DNA of 51,647 bases, taken from sequence record DRR723986_4788, one strand, 5' to 3'. The position numbers and the translations under genes are program-made. The notes below the pieces were generated by a model, which saw nothing but the letters and a program-made list of their open reading frames with translations, had not been told where the DNA came from and searched no databases. Every line of letters starts with the position of its first letter. Position 1 is the first letter of the stretch. This document shows, piece after piece, positions 36,830 through 48,352 of this stretch.

Positions 36830-38316
36830 GCCTTACCGCACAATTGCCGGCATTGCAGGTGGCGGTGCCGCTGCTCACCGCACCACTGGTGATCCTGCTG
36901 CGCACCGCCGGCCTGGCCTGGGCGGCGGCGACCGCTGCCAGCGTGATGGCCTTTGTGATCGCCATTGCCCTGACCATGGTGGTGCTCGACCAGGGTGCGG
37001 TGGCCTACGCCATGGGCAGCTGGCCGGCGCCCTACGGGATTTCCCTGAACATTGATGCGCTCAGCGCCGTGGTGCTGTTGCTGGTGACCGGTGCTTCCGC
37101 GCTTGGGTTGCTGGTCGGTCGGTCCAGCCTGAGCACCCAGATTGACGAGGATCGCCAGTTCTTGTTCTACGCCGCCTGGCTGGTGGTGCTGGCGGGCCTG
37201 GCGGGGATTACCGTCACCGGTGATGCGTTCAACGTGTTCGTGTTCATGGAGATTTCCTCGCTGGCCACCTATGTGCTGGTTGCCGCCGGGCCGGATCGCC
37301 GTGCGCTCACCGCCACATTCAAATACCTGATCATGGGCACCGTGGGGGCGACCTTCTACCTGATCGGGGTGGGGCTGGTGTACATGATGACCGGCACCCT
37401 GAACTTCGCCGACATGGAACTGCGAATCGCCGAGGTCACCGACCAGCGCCCCATCCTGGTGGCCGCCGGCTTTATTACCGTAGGCCTTGCCCTGAAAGCG
37501 GCCATGTTCCCGCTGCACATGTGGCTGCCCAATGCCTATACCTTTGCGCCGCACGTGGTCACGGCCTTTCTCGCCGCCTGTTCCACCAAGGTCGCTATCT
37601 ACGTGCTGCTGCGTTTCGATTTCCTGGTGTTCCAGGGCAACCTCGATGACCACGTGCTTCAGTTCGCCACCTTCCTCGCGCCGCTGGCCCTGCTCGGTAT
37701 CCTGGTCGGTTCGGCGGTGGCCATGGTGGAGAGCAATCTCAAGCGACTGCTGGCCTATTCCTCGGTTGCCCAGATCGGCTACATCCTGCTCGGCGCCAGT
37801 TTTACCAGCGAGCCAGGGCTGACCGCCGCGGTGGCGCATATGTTCAACCATGCCCTGGCCAAGGGCGCGCTGTTCCTGGCGGTGGCTGCCCTGGCGATGC
37901 GCCTTGGCCGCCTGCGTCTGGACGACATCGCAGGCGCTGCCCGCCGCATGCCGCTGACCAGTGCAGCCCTGCTGATTGCCGGGGCCAGCCTGGTGGGTAT
38001 TCCGGGTACCGCGGGCTTTGTGTCCAAGTGGCTGCTTCTGCAGGCAGCGTTTGCCCAGGGCACCGTCGGTATCGTCGCGATCGTGGTGGTGGTCGCCAGC
38101 TCGCTGGCGGCGGTGGTCTATGTCTGGCGGATTGTGGAGAGCCTGTATTTCGGGACGCCGCAGGAAGAAACCGCCACCGTGACCGAGGCGCCGTGGCCGC
38201 TGCTGGCGGGCCTGTGGCTGGCGGCGCTGGCCAATATCTATTTTGGCCTGGTACCTGCGCTCCCGGTCACCCTGGCGGAAACGGCCGCTTCTGACCTGTT
38301 GGGACACGTGCTGTGA
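36826..38316 (+). CDS. mnhD: Na+/H+ antiporter subunit D
   Basis: GDAFNVFVFMEI, PLHMWLPNAY, KRLLAYSS; GTG start overlaps the mnhC stop. Confidence 0.87.
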   Translation: MSLTAQLPALQVAVPLLTAPLVILLRTAGLAWAAATAASVMAFVIAIALTMVVLDQGAVAYAMGSWPAPYGISLNIDALSAVVLLLVTGASALGLLVGRSSLSTQIDEDRQFLFYAAWLVVLAGLAGITVTGDAFNVFVFMEISSLATYVLVAAGPDRRALTATFKYLIMGTVGATFYLIGVGLVYMMTGTLNFADMELRIAEVTDQRPILVAAGFITVGLALKAAMFPLHMWLPNAYTFAPHVVTAFLAACSTKVAIYVLLRFDFLVFQGNLDDHVLQFATFLAPLALLGILVGSAVAMVESNLKRLLAYSSVAQIGYILLGASFTSEPGLTAAVAHMFNHALAKGALFLAVAALAMRLGRLRLDDIAGAARRMPLTSAALLIAGASLVGIPGTAGFVSKWLLLQAAFAQGTVGIVAIVVVVASSLAAVVYVWRIVESLYFGTPQEETATVTEAPWPLLAGLWLAALANIYFGLVPALPVTLAETAASDLLGHVL

Positions 38317-39776
38317 GTGGCGCCGACGCCATCCTGGTTTCCCTGTTGCTGCCCCTGGCAGGCGCGGTGTTGATCGCGCTTGCCGGTCGCTGGCCCAACC
38401 TGCGCGAGACGGTCACCCTGGTGACTGCGACCTCGCTGGCGGCGGTGGTCTGGTCGATCACCCCGGAGATTATGGACGGCGGACGCCCCGGCGTGGTGGT
38501 GGCCGAGCTGTTTGATGGTCTCGAACTGGCTTTCACCGTGGAGCCGCTGGGCATGCTGTTTGCCGCGCTGGCCTCCACCCTGTGGATCGTCAACTCGGTG
38601 TATTCCATCGGTTATATGCGCGGCAACAACGAAAAGAACCAGACCCGGTTCTACGTCTGTTTCGCCATCGCCATTTCCGCTGCGCTGGGGGTGGCCTTCG
38701 CCGGCAACCTGCTGACCCTGTTCCTGTGTTACGAGGTGTTGACCCTGTCCACCTACCCGCTGGTGTCCCACAAGGGCGATGCAGCGACCATCCGCTCGGC
38801 GCGGGTCTATCTGGGCATCCTGCTGGGTACCTCTATCGGCCTGCTGCTGCCGGCGATTATCTGGACTTACACCGTGGCCGGCACCCTGGACTTCGTGCCC
38901 GGAGGCATTCTCGCCGGCAAGCTGGCTGGCCCCGCGGTGGGCTTGTTACTCGCCTTGTTTGTGTTCGGTATCGGCAAGGCGGCGGTCATGCCGGTGCACC
39001 GCTGGTTACCGGCGGCCATGGTAGCGCCTACCCCGGTCAGTGCCCTGTTGCACGCGGTCGCAGTGGTCAAGGCCGGGGTGTTCACCGTGACCAAGGTGAT
39101 CATCTATGTGTTCGGGGTTGAGAACCTGTTTGCCGAGCCCTCGGGAGGCTGGCTGCTGTATGCGGCGGCGTTTACCATCCTCGCCGCGAGTATCGTGGCC
39201 CTGCGCCAGCAGAACCTGAAGAAGATGCTGGCCTATTCCACCATCGGCCAGCTGTCTTATGTGATCCTCGCGGCGGCGGTGCTGACCCCGCTGTCGGAAA
39301 TCGGCGCGGCGGTGCACATCGTGGCCCACGCCTTCGGCAAGATCACCCTGTTCTTCGCCGCCGGTGCGATCTACGTGGCCTCGAAGAAAACCGAGTTGCA
39401 CCAGCTAAAGGGCATTGGCGCGCGCATGCCCTGGACCATGGCCGCTTTCACCATCGGCGCGCTGTCGATGATCGGGGTGCCGCCCACCGGCGGCTTCGTG
39501 TCCAAGTGGTTCATTCTTGCCGGTGCCTTCCAGAGCGATAACTACATCGCCATTTTCACCATCATCCTGAGCACGGCCCTGAACGCGGCGTATTTCCTGC
39601 CGGTGATTTTTATGGCCTGGTTTGCCAAGGAAGCGCCCGACGCGAAAGCGCACGGTGAGGCGCCCTGGCCAGCGGTACTGGCCCTGAGCGTAACTGCGCT
39701 GGCCACGCTCGCCTTTTTCTTTTTCAACCAGCCGGTACTGGATCTCGAAAGCCAGTTGGTAGGACGGATCAAATGA
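38313..39776 (+). CDS. Second MnhD-like proton-conducting antiporter subunit
   Basis: HRWLPAAMVAPTPVSALLHAVAVVKAG, KKMLAYST. Confidence 0.85.
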   Translation: MSGADAILVSLLLPLAGAVLIALAGRWPNLRETVTLVTATSLAAVVWSITPEIMDGGRPGVVVAELFDGLELAFTVEPLGMLFAALASTLWIVNSVYSIGYMRGNNEKNQTRFYVCFAIAISAALGVAFAGNLLTLFLCYEVLTLSTYPLVSHKGDAATIRSARVYLGILLGTSIGLLLPAIIWTYTVAGTLDFVPGGILAGKLAGPAVGLLLALFVFGIGKAAVMPVHRWLPAAMVAPTPVSALLHAVAVVKAGVFTVTKVIIYVFGVENLFAEPSGGWLLYAAAFTILAASIVALRQQNLKKMLAYSTIGQLSYVILAAAVLTPLSEIGAAVHIVAHAFGKITLFFAAGAIYVASKKTELHQLKGIGARMPWTMAAFTIGALSMIGVPPTGGFVSKWFILAGAFQSDNYIAIFTIILSTALNAAYFLPVIFMAWFAKEAPDAKAHGEAPWPAVLALSVTALATLAFFFFNQPVLDLESQLVGRIK

Positions 39777-40078
39777 CGGGTAACGAGCACAACCCGCCCG
39801 ACACGCAGCCCGGGGTCGACGTGCCCCGGGTTGAGGGCGACGACAACCACTGGCTGACCCGCCCGGGCACCATCCGCCTGCTGTGGATCGGCTTCTCGGT
39901 GGTGCTTGCTATCACTGTGCTGTTGCAGCTGGTAATCAAGGTCAAGGGCTACTTCGGGGTGGACGGCTGGTTCGGCTTCGGCGCCCTGTACGGCTTCGCC
40001 TGCTGTGTGGCCATGGTGCTGGTCGCCAAGTTACTGGGCCTTGTGCTCAAGCGGCCCGAGGATTACTACGATGATTGA
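39773..40078 (+). CDS. Small membrane protein within the antiporter operon
   Basis: Two hydrophobic helices ending KRPEDYYDD; overlaps both neighbours. Confidence 0.75.
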   Translation: MTGNEHNPPDTQPGVDVPRVEGDDNHWLTRPGTIRLLWIGFSVVLAITVLLQLVIKVKGYFGVDGWFGFGALYGFACCVAMVLVAKLLGLVLKRPEDYYDD

Positions 40079-41756
40079 CGGCGTACTGCCCCCGGCGTTT
40101 CTGCTGCTGGCCGCTGCCGTACTCATCGGCCTGACCCGCGGCCACCTGCGCAGCGCGGTGTTGTTCGCCGCGCCGGTAGCGGCGCTGTGGGCGATCTGGC
40201 AGATTCCCGACGGGGTGGTGGTTACCGCCCAGTTCCTCGGCTATGACATCGAGCCGGTGGAGGGCAGCCCGGTGCGGCGCCTGTTTGCGTCGATCTTTGC
40301 CATTATGGTCTTTACCGGCGGTCTGTTCGCCTTCCGCCAGGCGCGCTGGTACGAGCTGTCTGCGGCCTATGCCTACGCGGCTGGCGCGCTGGGCGTCTGC
40401 TTCGCCGGCGACCTCATCACCCTGTTCCTGTACTGGGAGCTCATGGCCATCTTCTCCACCGTTGTGGTGTGGTGTGGCGGCACCCCGGCGGCGCGCGCAG
40501 CGGGTATTCGTTACGCGATCATGCACTTGCTCGGCGGGGTCATCCTCAAGGTCGGCATCGAGGGCGTGGTGGTGCATACCGGGTCGGTAGATATCCAACC
40601 GCTGCTGGCTACCAACTTCGACACCTGGATGATCCTGATCGGCATCCTGATCAATGCCGCCGCGCCACCGGTATCGGCCTGGCTGGCCGATGCCTATCCC
40701 TCATCCAGCCCCACCGGCTCGGTGTTCCTGTCGGCCTTCACCACCAAGAGCGCGGTGCTTGCCCTGATCCTGCTGTTCCCGGGTGAACCGGTGCTGATCT
40801 GGGTCGGCCTGTATATGATCTTCTACGGCATCATCTATGCCCTGTTGGAGAACGACGCGCGGCGCATCCTCGCCTACTCGGTGGTCAACCAGGTGGGCTT
40901 CATGGTGGTCGCCGTGGGTATTGGTACCCAGATGGCAATCAACGGCGCGGCCGCCCATGCCTTTGCCCACATCGTCTATAAAGCGCTGCTGTTTATGAGT
41001 GCGGGGGTAGTGATCTACCGCACCGGGGTAACGCGCTGCTCGGATCTCGGTGGCCTGTTCCGGACCATGCCGATCACCACCGTCTGCGGCATCATCGGCG
41101 CGCTGGCGATTTCCAGCTTCCCGCTGACATCGGGCTTCACCACCAAGACCCTGATCTCGGTGGCCGCCGAGCAGCAAGGCCTGGTGCTGGTGTATTTCCT
41201 GCTCGCCGCGGCCTCCGCGGGCGTATTCCTGCACGCCGGTATCAAGTTCCCCTGGTTCGTATTCTTCCAGAAGGATTCCGGCATGCGGCCCAAGGATGCG
41301 CCGTGGAACATGGCGGCGGCGATGGTGTTCTTCGCCTTCCTGTGCATCCTGCTTGGCGTGTACCCGGAGCCGCTGTGGGCGCTGTTACCGTACCCGGTTG
41401 AGTACGAGGCCTATGCTCCCGGCAAGGTGTTGTTCTACCTGCAGCTGCTGCTGTTCTCCGGCCTGGCCTTCTTCCTGCTGCTGCCGCTGATGAAGCGCAC
41501 CCTTACCATCTCGCTGGATACCGACTGGATCTGGCGGGTGGTGCTATTGCGCGTCGGCCTGTGGCTGATGGCGCTTGCCCGTATCCTGGGTGACCAGCTC
41601 GCCGCCCTCGGCGAGGCCCTGCGTCTCGGCCCCGGCAGCCGGCTCGGGCGCCTGCTCAGCAGCTCTGGTGCGCTCGGTCGCACCTGGCAGATCGGTACCA
41701 CCGCGCTGTGGATTGCGGTGCTGCTGACCACCTATGTGATGCTCTACTACCTGTGA
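40071..41756 (+). CDS. Third MnhD/MnhA-like antiporter subunit
   Basis: AWLADAYP, SAFTTKSAV, RRILAYS, HIVYKALLFM. Confidence 0.85.
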   Translation: MIDGVLPPAFLLLAAAVLIGLTRGHLRSAVLFAAPVAALWAIWQIPDGVVVTAQFLGYDIEPVEGSPVRRLFASIFAIMVFTGGLFAFRQARWYELSAAYAYAAGALGVCFAGDLITLFLYWELMAIFSTVVVWCGGTPAARAAGIRYAIMHLLGGVILKVGIEGVVVHTGSVDIQPLLATNFDTWMILIGILINAAAPPVSAWLADAYPSSSPTGSVFLSAFTTKSAVLALILLFPGEPVLIWVGLYMIFYGIIYALLENDARRILAYSVVNQVGFMVVAVGIGTQMAINGAAAHAFAHIVYKALLFMSAGVVIYRTGVTRCSDLGGLFRTMPITTVCGIIGALAISSFPLTSGFTTKTLISVAAEQQGLVLVYFLLAAASAGVFLHAGIKFPWFVFFQKDSGMRPKDAPWNMAAAMVFFAFLCILLGVYPEPLWALLPYPVEYEAYAPGKVLFYLQLLLFSGLAFFLLLPLMKRTLTISLDTDWIWRVVLLRVGLWLMALARILGDQLAALGEALRLGPGSRLGRLLSSSGALGRTWQIGTTALWIAVLLTTYVMLYYL

Positions 41757-41878
41757 GTCGCGGCTGAGCCAAGCCAGGCAAAGCCGCCCCCCGTGCAACG
41801 CCCTTACCCGCTGAGCATTGTTCCTGTGCCGCGATGGTGTGACACTGGCTGCCCGGCACCGGTTAGCGAGGGCTCCTG

Positions 41879-42766
41879 ATGCAACCGTCATTTCATATTG
41901 GCCGCTACCCCGTGTGGCGCATCGAAGAGTGGGCGGGGCAGTTCGCGCCGCCGCAGGATCTGTTCGCCGAGTTCGAGCCCGGTGCGTTCGCCGCGGTCGA
42001 ACAGCACTTCGTTCCCGACTACCTGCAGGACGGCAACATCTACGCCTTTCTCCAGAGTTGGCTGATCGATGCGGATGGCCTGAAAATTCTCGTCGATACC
42101 GGCGCCGGCAACGGCAAGCAGCGACCGGGTATCCCGGTGTTCGGCGGTTTGGAGACGGACTTCCTGGCCCGCTTCAGCGCGACCGGCTATGCGCCCGACG
42201 AGGTCGATATCGTTGTCTGCACCCACCTGCACATCGACCACGTGGGCTGGAACACCCACTGGGACGGCGCCGCCTGGCAGCCCACCTTTGCCAATGCCCG
42301 TTACCTGTTCCCCACGCTCGACCGCAGTGCCTGGGATCCAGCCGGTTCGCAGTACGCGACCATGCGCGGGCGCGAGGTCAACACCAATGTGTTCGAGGAC
42401 AGCGTGCAGCCGATTCTCGATGCGGGGCTGGCCGAATGCGTTGCCGACGGCTTCACCGTAGCGCCGGGTATCGTGCTGCACCAGGCTCCGGGCCATACCC
42501 CGGGGCATATGCTGCTGGAGGTGGAGGAGGGCGCTGACCGGGCGCTGTTTACCGGCGACATCCTGCATCACCCGATGCAGGTGTTCCGGCCGGACTGGAA
42601 CAGTGTCTATTGTGAAGATCGAGCGCAGGCTGCGGCGACCCGCCTTGCTGTGGTAGAGCGCGCCGCCGATACCGGGGCGCGCATCGTGCCCGCGCACTTC
42701 GGCGGTCAGCACAGTGTGTTCGTCGAGCGCCAGGACGCGGGCTTTCGGCCGGTCGAACCCCGATAA
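41879..42766 (+). CDS. MBL-fold metallo-hydrolase
   Basis: LVDTG, THLHIDHVG, PGHTPGH, GDILH, AHF. Confidence 0.88.
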   Translation: MQPSFHIGRYPVWRIEEWAGQFAPPQDLFAEFEPGAFAAVEQHFVPDYLQDGNIYAFLQSWLIDADGLKILVDTGAGNGKQRPGIPVFGGLETDFLARFSATGYAPDEVDIVVCTHLHIDHVGWNTHWDGAAWQPTFANARYLFPTLDRSAWDPAGSQYATMRGREVNTNVFEDSVQPILDAGLAECVADGFTVAPGIVLHQAPGHTPGHMLLEVEEGADRALFTGDILHHPMQVFRPDWNSVYCEDRAQAAATRLAVVERAADTGARIVPAHFGGQHSVFVERQDAGFRPVEPR

Positions 42767-42914
42767 TCCGGCGACTCGCGCCGTCTGGCGCGGGCGAGGC
42801 CAAAACCAACCCGACTTGGCCAGTTTTGACTATTCTCATTCTGGTGGCTGATCTCTAGACTTCGCGCAAATTTTGAACAGCCGCAGAACACGCCCGCGGG
42901 CGGGGGAGAACACC

Positions 42915-44696
42915 ATGAATTACGACCTGAAAATCATCAACGGCCTGGTCTTCGATGGCGAGGGCAATGCGCCCGTTGCCACCAATGTGGCAGTGAAGGA
43001 TGGCCTGATCGTGGAAGTCGGCAGCTGTGACGGCGAAGCGGCGCAGGTCATCGACGCCGCCGGCCAGATCGTTACCCCCGGCTTTATCGACCTGCACACC
43101 CACTACGACGGCCAGGTGTCCTGGGACGCCGATATGCAGCCCAGCATCAACCACGGGGTGAGCACGGTGGTCATGGGCAGCTGTGGCGTGGGCTTTGCGC
43201 CGGTACGCGCCGCTGACCGGGAGAAGCTGGTGCGGATCATGGAAGGGGTGGAAGACATCCCGGGTACCGCGCTCACCGAGGGTATCACCTGGGACTGGGA
43301 AACCCTCCCCGAATACATGGACGCCCTGGACGCCAAGCCGCACAGCATCGACTTCGCGGTGCAGATTACCCACGATCCCCTGCGGGTGTACGTGATGGGT
43401 GAGCGCGCCGTGTTCAATGAAAAAGCCACGCCCGAGGATATCGCTGAAATGCGGCGCCTGACCCGCGAAGGGCTGGAGGCCGGTGCGATCGGCTTCTCCA
43501 CCGGCCGTTCCGATGTGCACCGCAGCGCCGACGGCGACTGGACCCCGGCCTCGGAAGCCACCACCGAGGAACTGGAAGGTATCGCCCGCGCCTTTGATGG
43601 GGTGGGTCACGGGGTGTTGCAGGCGGTGAACGACTTCAACCTCGAGCGCGATGGCGATATGTTCGACGGCGAGTTCGACATCATCGAGAACTTCGCCCGC
43701 GCCGCTAATGGCAGCCCGTTTTCCCTGTCACTGATGCAGCGCGATTTCGCGCCCGACCAGTGGCTGCGCATCATCGATCGCGCGGAGAAGGCCAAGGCCA
43801 AAGGCCTCAACATGCGCCTGCAGACCGCGCCCCGCGGTATCGGGGTGACGGTTGGCCTGCAGTGCACCTTCCACCCGTTCATCGGTTTCCCAAGCTACAA
43901 GACCATTTACGACCTGCCGTTGGCGGAGCGGGTCGAGCGTATGCGCGATCCCGCCTTCAAGGCGCAGCTGCTGACCGAGACCTCCGAGCCGATGGCCGGC
44001 GACGGCACCTCGGTGCCCCCGATCGCCGACGCCTTGCTGGCGGCGGTGGACTTCGTGGCGAGCAAAACCTTCCGTCTCGGTGACAACCCGGACTACGAGC
44101 AGACCGCCGAGACCTCGGTGCTGCAGATGGCAAAGGACCGTGGCATTCCTACCCTGGAGATGATCTACGACCTGATGCTGGAGAACGAGGGTAAGGAGCT
44201 GCTGTACTTCCCGATCTACAACTACACCGAGATGTCCTACGACAACGTGTACAAGATGATGCAGCACCCACAGTCCATCATGGGCCTGTCCGACGGCGGC
44301 GCGCACGTGGGCACCGTGTGTGATTCCAGCTTCCCCACCTACCTGCTGTCTTACTGGACCCGCGACCGGGTTCGCGGTGCGCGGCTTGAGCTGGCCGACG
44401 CGGTCCGCCGCCTCACCTCCGACATCGCCGACTACTGCGGCATGAGCGATCGCGGTCGCATCAAGGTGGGCATGAAAGCCAACATCAATGTGATCGACCA
44501 CAAGCGCTTGCGCCTGTACGCGCCGCACATGGTGCAGGACCTGCCCGCCGGCGGCCAGCGCCTGCTGCAGGAGGCCGAAGGCTACTCGGCGGTGATCGTG
44601 GCGGGTGAGCTGGTGCTCGAGAATGACCAGCTGACCGGTCGCTACCCCGGACGCCTGGTGCGCATGGGGCAGATCGACCAACAGGCAGCTGCCTGA
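42915..44696 (+). CDS. N-acyl-D-amino-acid deacylase-like amidohydrolase
   Basis: PGFIDLHTHYD, SDGGAHVG, DRGRIKVGMKANINVID; GGAG RBS. Confidence 0.87.
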   Translation: MNYDLKIINGLVFDGEGNAPVATNVAVKDGLIVEVGSCDGEAAQVIDAAGQIVTPGFIDLHTHYDGQVSWDADMQPSINHGVSTVVMGSCGVGFAPVRAADREKLVRIMEGVEDIPGTALTEGITWDWETLPEYMDALDAKPHSIDFAVQITHDPLRVYVMGERAVFNEKATPEDIAEMRRLTREGLEAGAIGFSTGRSDVHRSADGDWTPASEATTEELEGIARAFDGVGHGVLQAVNDFNLERDGDMFDGEFDIIENFARAANGSPFSLSLMQRDFAPDQWLRIIDRAEKAKAKGLNMRLQTAPRGIGVTVGLQCTFHPFIGFPSYKTIYDLPLAERVERMRDPAFKAQLLTETSEPMAGDGTSVPPIADALLAAVDFVASKTFRLGDNPDYEQTAETSVLQMAKDRGIPTLEMIYDLMLENEGKELLYFPIYNYTEMSYDNVYKMMQHPQSIMGLSDGGAHVGTVCDSSFPTYLLSYWTRDRVRGARLELADAVRRLTSDIADYCGMSDRGRIKVGMKANINVIDHKRLRLYAPHMVQDLPAGGQRLLQEAEGYSAVIVAGELVLENDQLTGRYPGRLVRMGQIDQQAAA

Positions 44697-44707
44697 ACCT
44701 GCCCGCG

Positions 44708-45478
44708 GTGAGCACCGTTGCCGACATCCTGGCCAACATCAGTGTCCTGCAGCTACTGCTGGTGTGGGGGGTGGTGGTGTTCGCCGCCGTCATGCGGGCC
44801 TTCACCGGGTTTGGCTTTGCGCTGACCGCGGTGCCGGTGTTCTCCCTGTTCATGGTGCCGACCCAGGCGGTGGTGCTCTCGGCTTCGCTCACCCTCGCGG
44901 TGAGCCTGCTCACCCTGAAAACCTACTGGGGCAAGTATCCGCTGCGCAGCATGGCTGTGATTGTCGGCTGGGCGGTGCTGGGGACGGCGGTCGGCGCCTA
45001 CTCGCTGAGCCATATCTCGGTGGACCAGTTCCAGCTGTGGATCGGGACCGCGGTGATTGTCGCCTGCCTGGCGATGGCGTTGTGGAAGCCTGCCCCGCGC
45101 ACCGGCACACCCCACCCGATCTGGGGCTCGCTTACCGGCCTGGGCTCCGGGCTCTTGAACGGCGCCTTTGCCATCCCCGGGCCGCCGATCGTGATCTATG
45201 CCATGGCCACGGAATCGCAGGCGCCGGAACGGGCGCGCGCGCTGTTGATGATGTTCTTCCTGTTTGCCGCGATCGCCGCGTTGACGTCCTACTCGGTGGC
45301 GGGCTATGTCACCGCCCAGTCCCCCTGGCTGTTCCTGCTCGCCCTGCCGGCGATGCTGATTGGCGACAAGCTGGGGTATTTCCTGTTCTACCGCTACGGC
45401 GATGCCCTGTATCGCAAGGTCGCCATGGGGGTGATGCTCGCGGTGGGTCTGGCGATTATTACCCGGGCCCTGCTCTAG
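44708..45478 (+). CDS. TauE/SafE-family sulfite exporter-like membrane protein
   Basis: FTGFGFAL, GAFAIPGPP, about eight TM helices. Confidence 0.82.
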   Translation: MSTVADILANISVLQLLLVWGVVVFAAVMRAFTGFGFALTAVPVFSLFMVPTQAVVLSASLTLAVSLLTLKTYWGKYPLRSMAVIVGWAVLGTAVGAYSLSHISVDQFQLWIGTAVIVACLAMALWKPAPRTGTPHPIWGSLTGLGSGLLNGAFAIPGPPIVIYAMATESQAPERARALLMMFFLFAAIAALTSYSVAGYVTAQSPWLFLLALPAMLIGDKLGYFLFYRYGDALYRKVAMGVMLAVGLAIITRALL

Positions 45479-45502
45479 GGCAGGGCCCGGTCGTCGGTCG
45501 GC

Positions 45503-47716
45503 TTAGCCGGCCAGTTCCTGCATCTCGTAGCGGCTGAGGGGCAGCTCGCGGATGCGCTTGCCGGTTGCGGCGAAGATCGCGTTGGTCAGGGCCGGCGCGA
45601 TACCCGGGGTCCCGGGTTCACCGGCGCCACCCCAGGCTTCCAGGCTGTTGATGATGTGGGTCTCGATGACCGGCATCGCGTCCATGCGCAGGGCCTGGTA
45701 GCTGTCGAAGTTACCCTGGGCCACCTGGCCGTTCTCGATGCTGATCTCGCCGTACAGCGCGGCGGTCAGGCCGTAAACCACACCGGATTCCATCTGCGCC
45801 GTGAGTCCGTCCGGAGATACCGCGTAGCCGCAGTCGGCCACGACCACCACCCGGTCGACGTTTACCTTGCCGTTGGTCACCGTGACCTCCACGACCTCGC
45901 CCACGATCGAGCCGAAGGACTGTTGCAGCGAGATGCCGCGGCCGCGATTCGCTGCCAGGGGCGTATTCCAGCCGGCCTTGCTGGCCACCTCGTCCAGCAC
46001 CTTGAGATGGCGCGGCTGGTGTTGCAGCAGTTCCCTCCGGTACTGGTAAGGGTCCTGCCCCGCCTCGTAGGCCAGCTCGTCGATGAAGGATTCAGTAAAG
46101 AAACCGTGCTGCGAGTGGTCCACGCTGCGCCAGGCGCCGAACGGTACGTGGGTCGGGCTGTCGACGTAGTGCACGTTCTGGTTGGCGACCGCGTAGAGAA
46201 TGTGCGGGGCTTCCGCCGGTTCGTGCTTGTCGACGTAAAGGTTGTCCCAGGCCACGGGCTTGCCGTCCTCGCCGAGAGCGGCGCGAAACTCGGACAATAC
46301 GGCGGGTCGGTAAAAATCGTGGCGCACGTCTTCCTCGCGCGACCAGATCAGCATCACCGGGTGGCCGGAGGCGCGGGAAATCCTTGCGGCCTGGATGGCG
46401 GTATCCGGCATCGAGCGGCGGCCGAAGCCGCCTCCCATCATGTGGTTGGTGACGCTCACCTGTTCGATGTCCATGTCCATGGCTTCGGCCACGGCGTAGC
46501 GGAAGCCCAGCGGGTTCTGGTTGCCGGTCCACACCTCGCAGCGGTCGGCGCTGACCCGGGCCAGGGCGTTCATCGGTTCCATGCAGGTGTGGGCCAGGTA
46601 GGGAACCCGGTAACTGCGCTCGATGACCCGGTCGGCACCGGCCAATACCGTTTCCGCATCGCCAATGCGCAGGTCCTTCTTGCTGTCGCCGCTGTCACGG
46701 GCGGCGCGGATGTCGGCGGCGAATTGCTCGAAGATCCCCGCTGAGGATTGCTGGTCATTGGCTGTGCCGGTCCAGGTGATATCGAGTTTCGCCAGCGCCT
46801 GGCTTGCCTGCCAGTAGCCGTCGGCTACCACCGCAACCGCGTCATCGAGCTGGACGATATCGACCACACCGGGCATGGCGCGGGCCGCACTGTCATCGAC
46901 CCGCTCCAGGCGCGCGCCAAACACCGGCGCGGCCTTGATGCTGGCGTATTTCATGCCATCGACCTGCACGTCGATGCCGAACATGGCGCTGCCGTCGACC
47001 TTCGCCGGGATGTCCAGCCGCGGTTTGCTCTGGCCCATGATGCGGAACTCATCCGGCGTCTTCAGGCGCGGATTGTCCGGCGGGGTGAACGCGGCTGCGG
47101 CGGCGGCAAACTGGGCATAGGTGCCACTGCGGCCGCTGGCCGGGTGGCTGATCATGCTGTCGCGGGTTTCAAGCTCGGAAGCGTTAACCTGCCACTCGCG
47201 GGCGGCGGCCTCGACCAGCATCTCTTTCGCCGCGGCGCCGGCGACGCGCATACCGTAGACCCCGGTGAGGCGCACACTGGTGCTGCCCCCGGTGATCTGC
47301 AGGTGCATCAGTTCGGCGATCTGCTGGAACGCGCCATCGACCGTGCCCAGCAGTACTCGCGGAATACCGGCATCGCCAAGCAGGAAGCCTTTACCCAGCG
47401 GGCCGTTGGCGTAGCCGTCTTCAGCGGGCGCCTCCAGGAAGCTGACCTTGTCCCAGTCGGCGTCCATCTCGTCTGCCAGCATCTGGGCGAGGGCGGTTTG
47501 TGCCCCCTGGCCCATTTCCGAGTGGGCGACGATGGCGGTGACCTGGTTGTCGGCATCGATTTTTACAAAGGCGTTGACCAGCACCTCGTCATCGTTGGTG
47601 ACAAAGGGCGCGAGTCCGGGGGCGCGCTGGCCCGGGCGCAGGGCGACCCCGACCACCAGGGCAGTACCGCCGATCAGGCCGGCGCCGATGAAACCGCGGC
47701 GCGTCCACTTACCCAT
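45503..47716 (-). CDS. Xanthine dehydrogenase-family molybdopterin subunit (IorB-like), Tat-type N-terminus
   Basis: [41 protein letters not shown]; start overlaps the 2Fe-2S gene stop. Confidence 0.88.
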   Translation of the reverse strand: MGKWTRRGFIGAGLIGGTALVVGVALRPGQRAPGLAPFVTNDDEVLVNAFVKIDADNQVTAIVAHSEMGQGAQTALAQMLADEMDADWDKVSFLEAPAEDGYANGPLGKGFLLGDAGIPRVLLGTVDGAFQQIAELMHLQITGGSTSVRLTGVYGMRVAGAAAKEMLVEAAAREWQVNASELETRDSMISHPASGRSGTYAQFAAAAAAFTPPDNPRLKTPDEFRIMGQSKPRLDIPAKVDGSAMFGIDVQVDGMKYASIKAAPVFGARLERVDDSAARAMPGVVDIVQLDDAVAVVADGYWQASQALAKLDITWTGTANDQQSSAGIFEQFAADIRAARDSGDSKKDLRIGDAETVLAGADRVIERSYRVPYLAHTCMEPMNALARVSADRCEVWTGNQNPLGFRYAVAEAMDMDIEQVSVTNHMMGGGFGRRSMPDTAIQAARISRASGHPVMLIWSREEDVRHDFYRPAVLSEFRAALGEDGKPVAWDNLYVDKHEPAEAPHILYAVANQNVHYVDSPTHVPFGAWRSVDHSQHGFFTESFIDELAYEAGQDPYQYRRELLQHQPRHLKVLDEVASKAGWNTPLAANRGRGISLQQSFGSIVGEVVEVTVTNGKVNVDRVVVVADCGYAVSPDGLTAQMESGVVYGLTAALYGEISIENGQVAQGNFDSYQALRMDAMPVIETHIINSLEAWGGAGEPGTPGIAPALTNAIFAATGKRIRELPLSRYEMQELAG

Positions 47717-48209
47717 GCTGCACCTCCTCACCCAGGGCCGGGTCGAAGACCTGCACCGGGGCGCTGGCAACGGCCTTGATGGCCTGCTTGATACGGCCGT
47801 ACATGCCACAGCGGCACAGGTTGCCGGACATGGCCTTGTTGATGTCGTCGTCGCTGGGGTTGGGGGTGCGTTCGAGCAGGGCGGCTGCCGCCATGAGCTG
47901 GCCCGACTGGCAGTAGCCACACTGGGGCACCTGGTGTTCGATCCAGGCCTGTTGCAGGGGGTGCAGGGCATCGGCGCTGCCCAGGCCCTCGATGGTGGTG
48001 ATTGTTCGCCCGGCGGCGGCGGAGACCGGCAGCAGGCAGGAGCGAACCGGCGAGCCATCAAGCTGCACGGTACAGGCACCGCACAGGGCGATGCCGCAGC
48101 CGAATTTGGTACCGGTCATACCCAGGTTTTCGCGGATGACCCAGAGCAGTGGGGTGTCCGGGGACACGTCTACCCTGTGGGTGGTCCCATTGACCAATAG
48201 TTCGATCAT
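47709..48209 (-). CDS. (2Fe-2S)-binding subunit (IorA-like)
   Basis: [30 protein letters not shown]. Confidence 0.9.
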   Translation of the reverse strand: MIELLVNGTTHRVDVSPDTPLLWVIRENLGMTGTKFGCGIALCGACTVQLDGSPVRSCLLPVSAAAGRTITTIEGLGSADALHPLQQAWIEHQVPQCGYCQSGQLMAAAALLERTPNPSDDDINKAMSGNLCRCGMYGRIKQAIKAVASAPVQVFDPALGEEVQHG

Positions 48210-48352
48210 TCGACGCCTCCAGTCGTAGTCAGCAATTCTCGAGAGAGATACGCATCCTAACCCGAAAGCCGATTGCTTGCCGCAGCAAAAGCCGGCTTAG
48301 CACGGGTGCTGGCGTGGAGGAGTCGCGCCCGGGAGCCCGGGCGCTATCTAGC

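Noticed and set aside
36778-38307. 509-aa minus-strand ORF and similar long antisense ORFs across 34-51 kb
   Set aside because: Shadows of well-supported genes in high-GC sequence.
47717-48079. N-terminal extension making the Mo-subunit 858 aa
   Set aside because: Overlaps the 2Fe-2S gene in another frame; the start at 47716 has an RBS and a twin-arginine motif.
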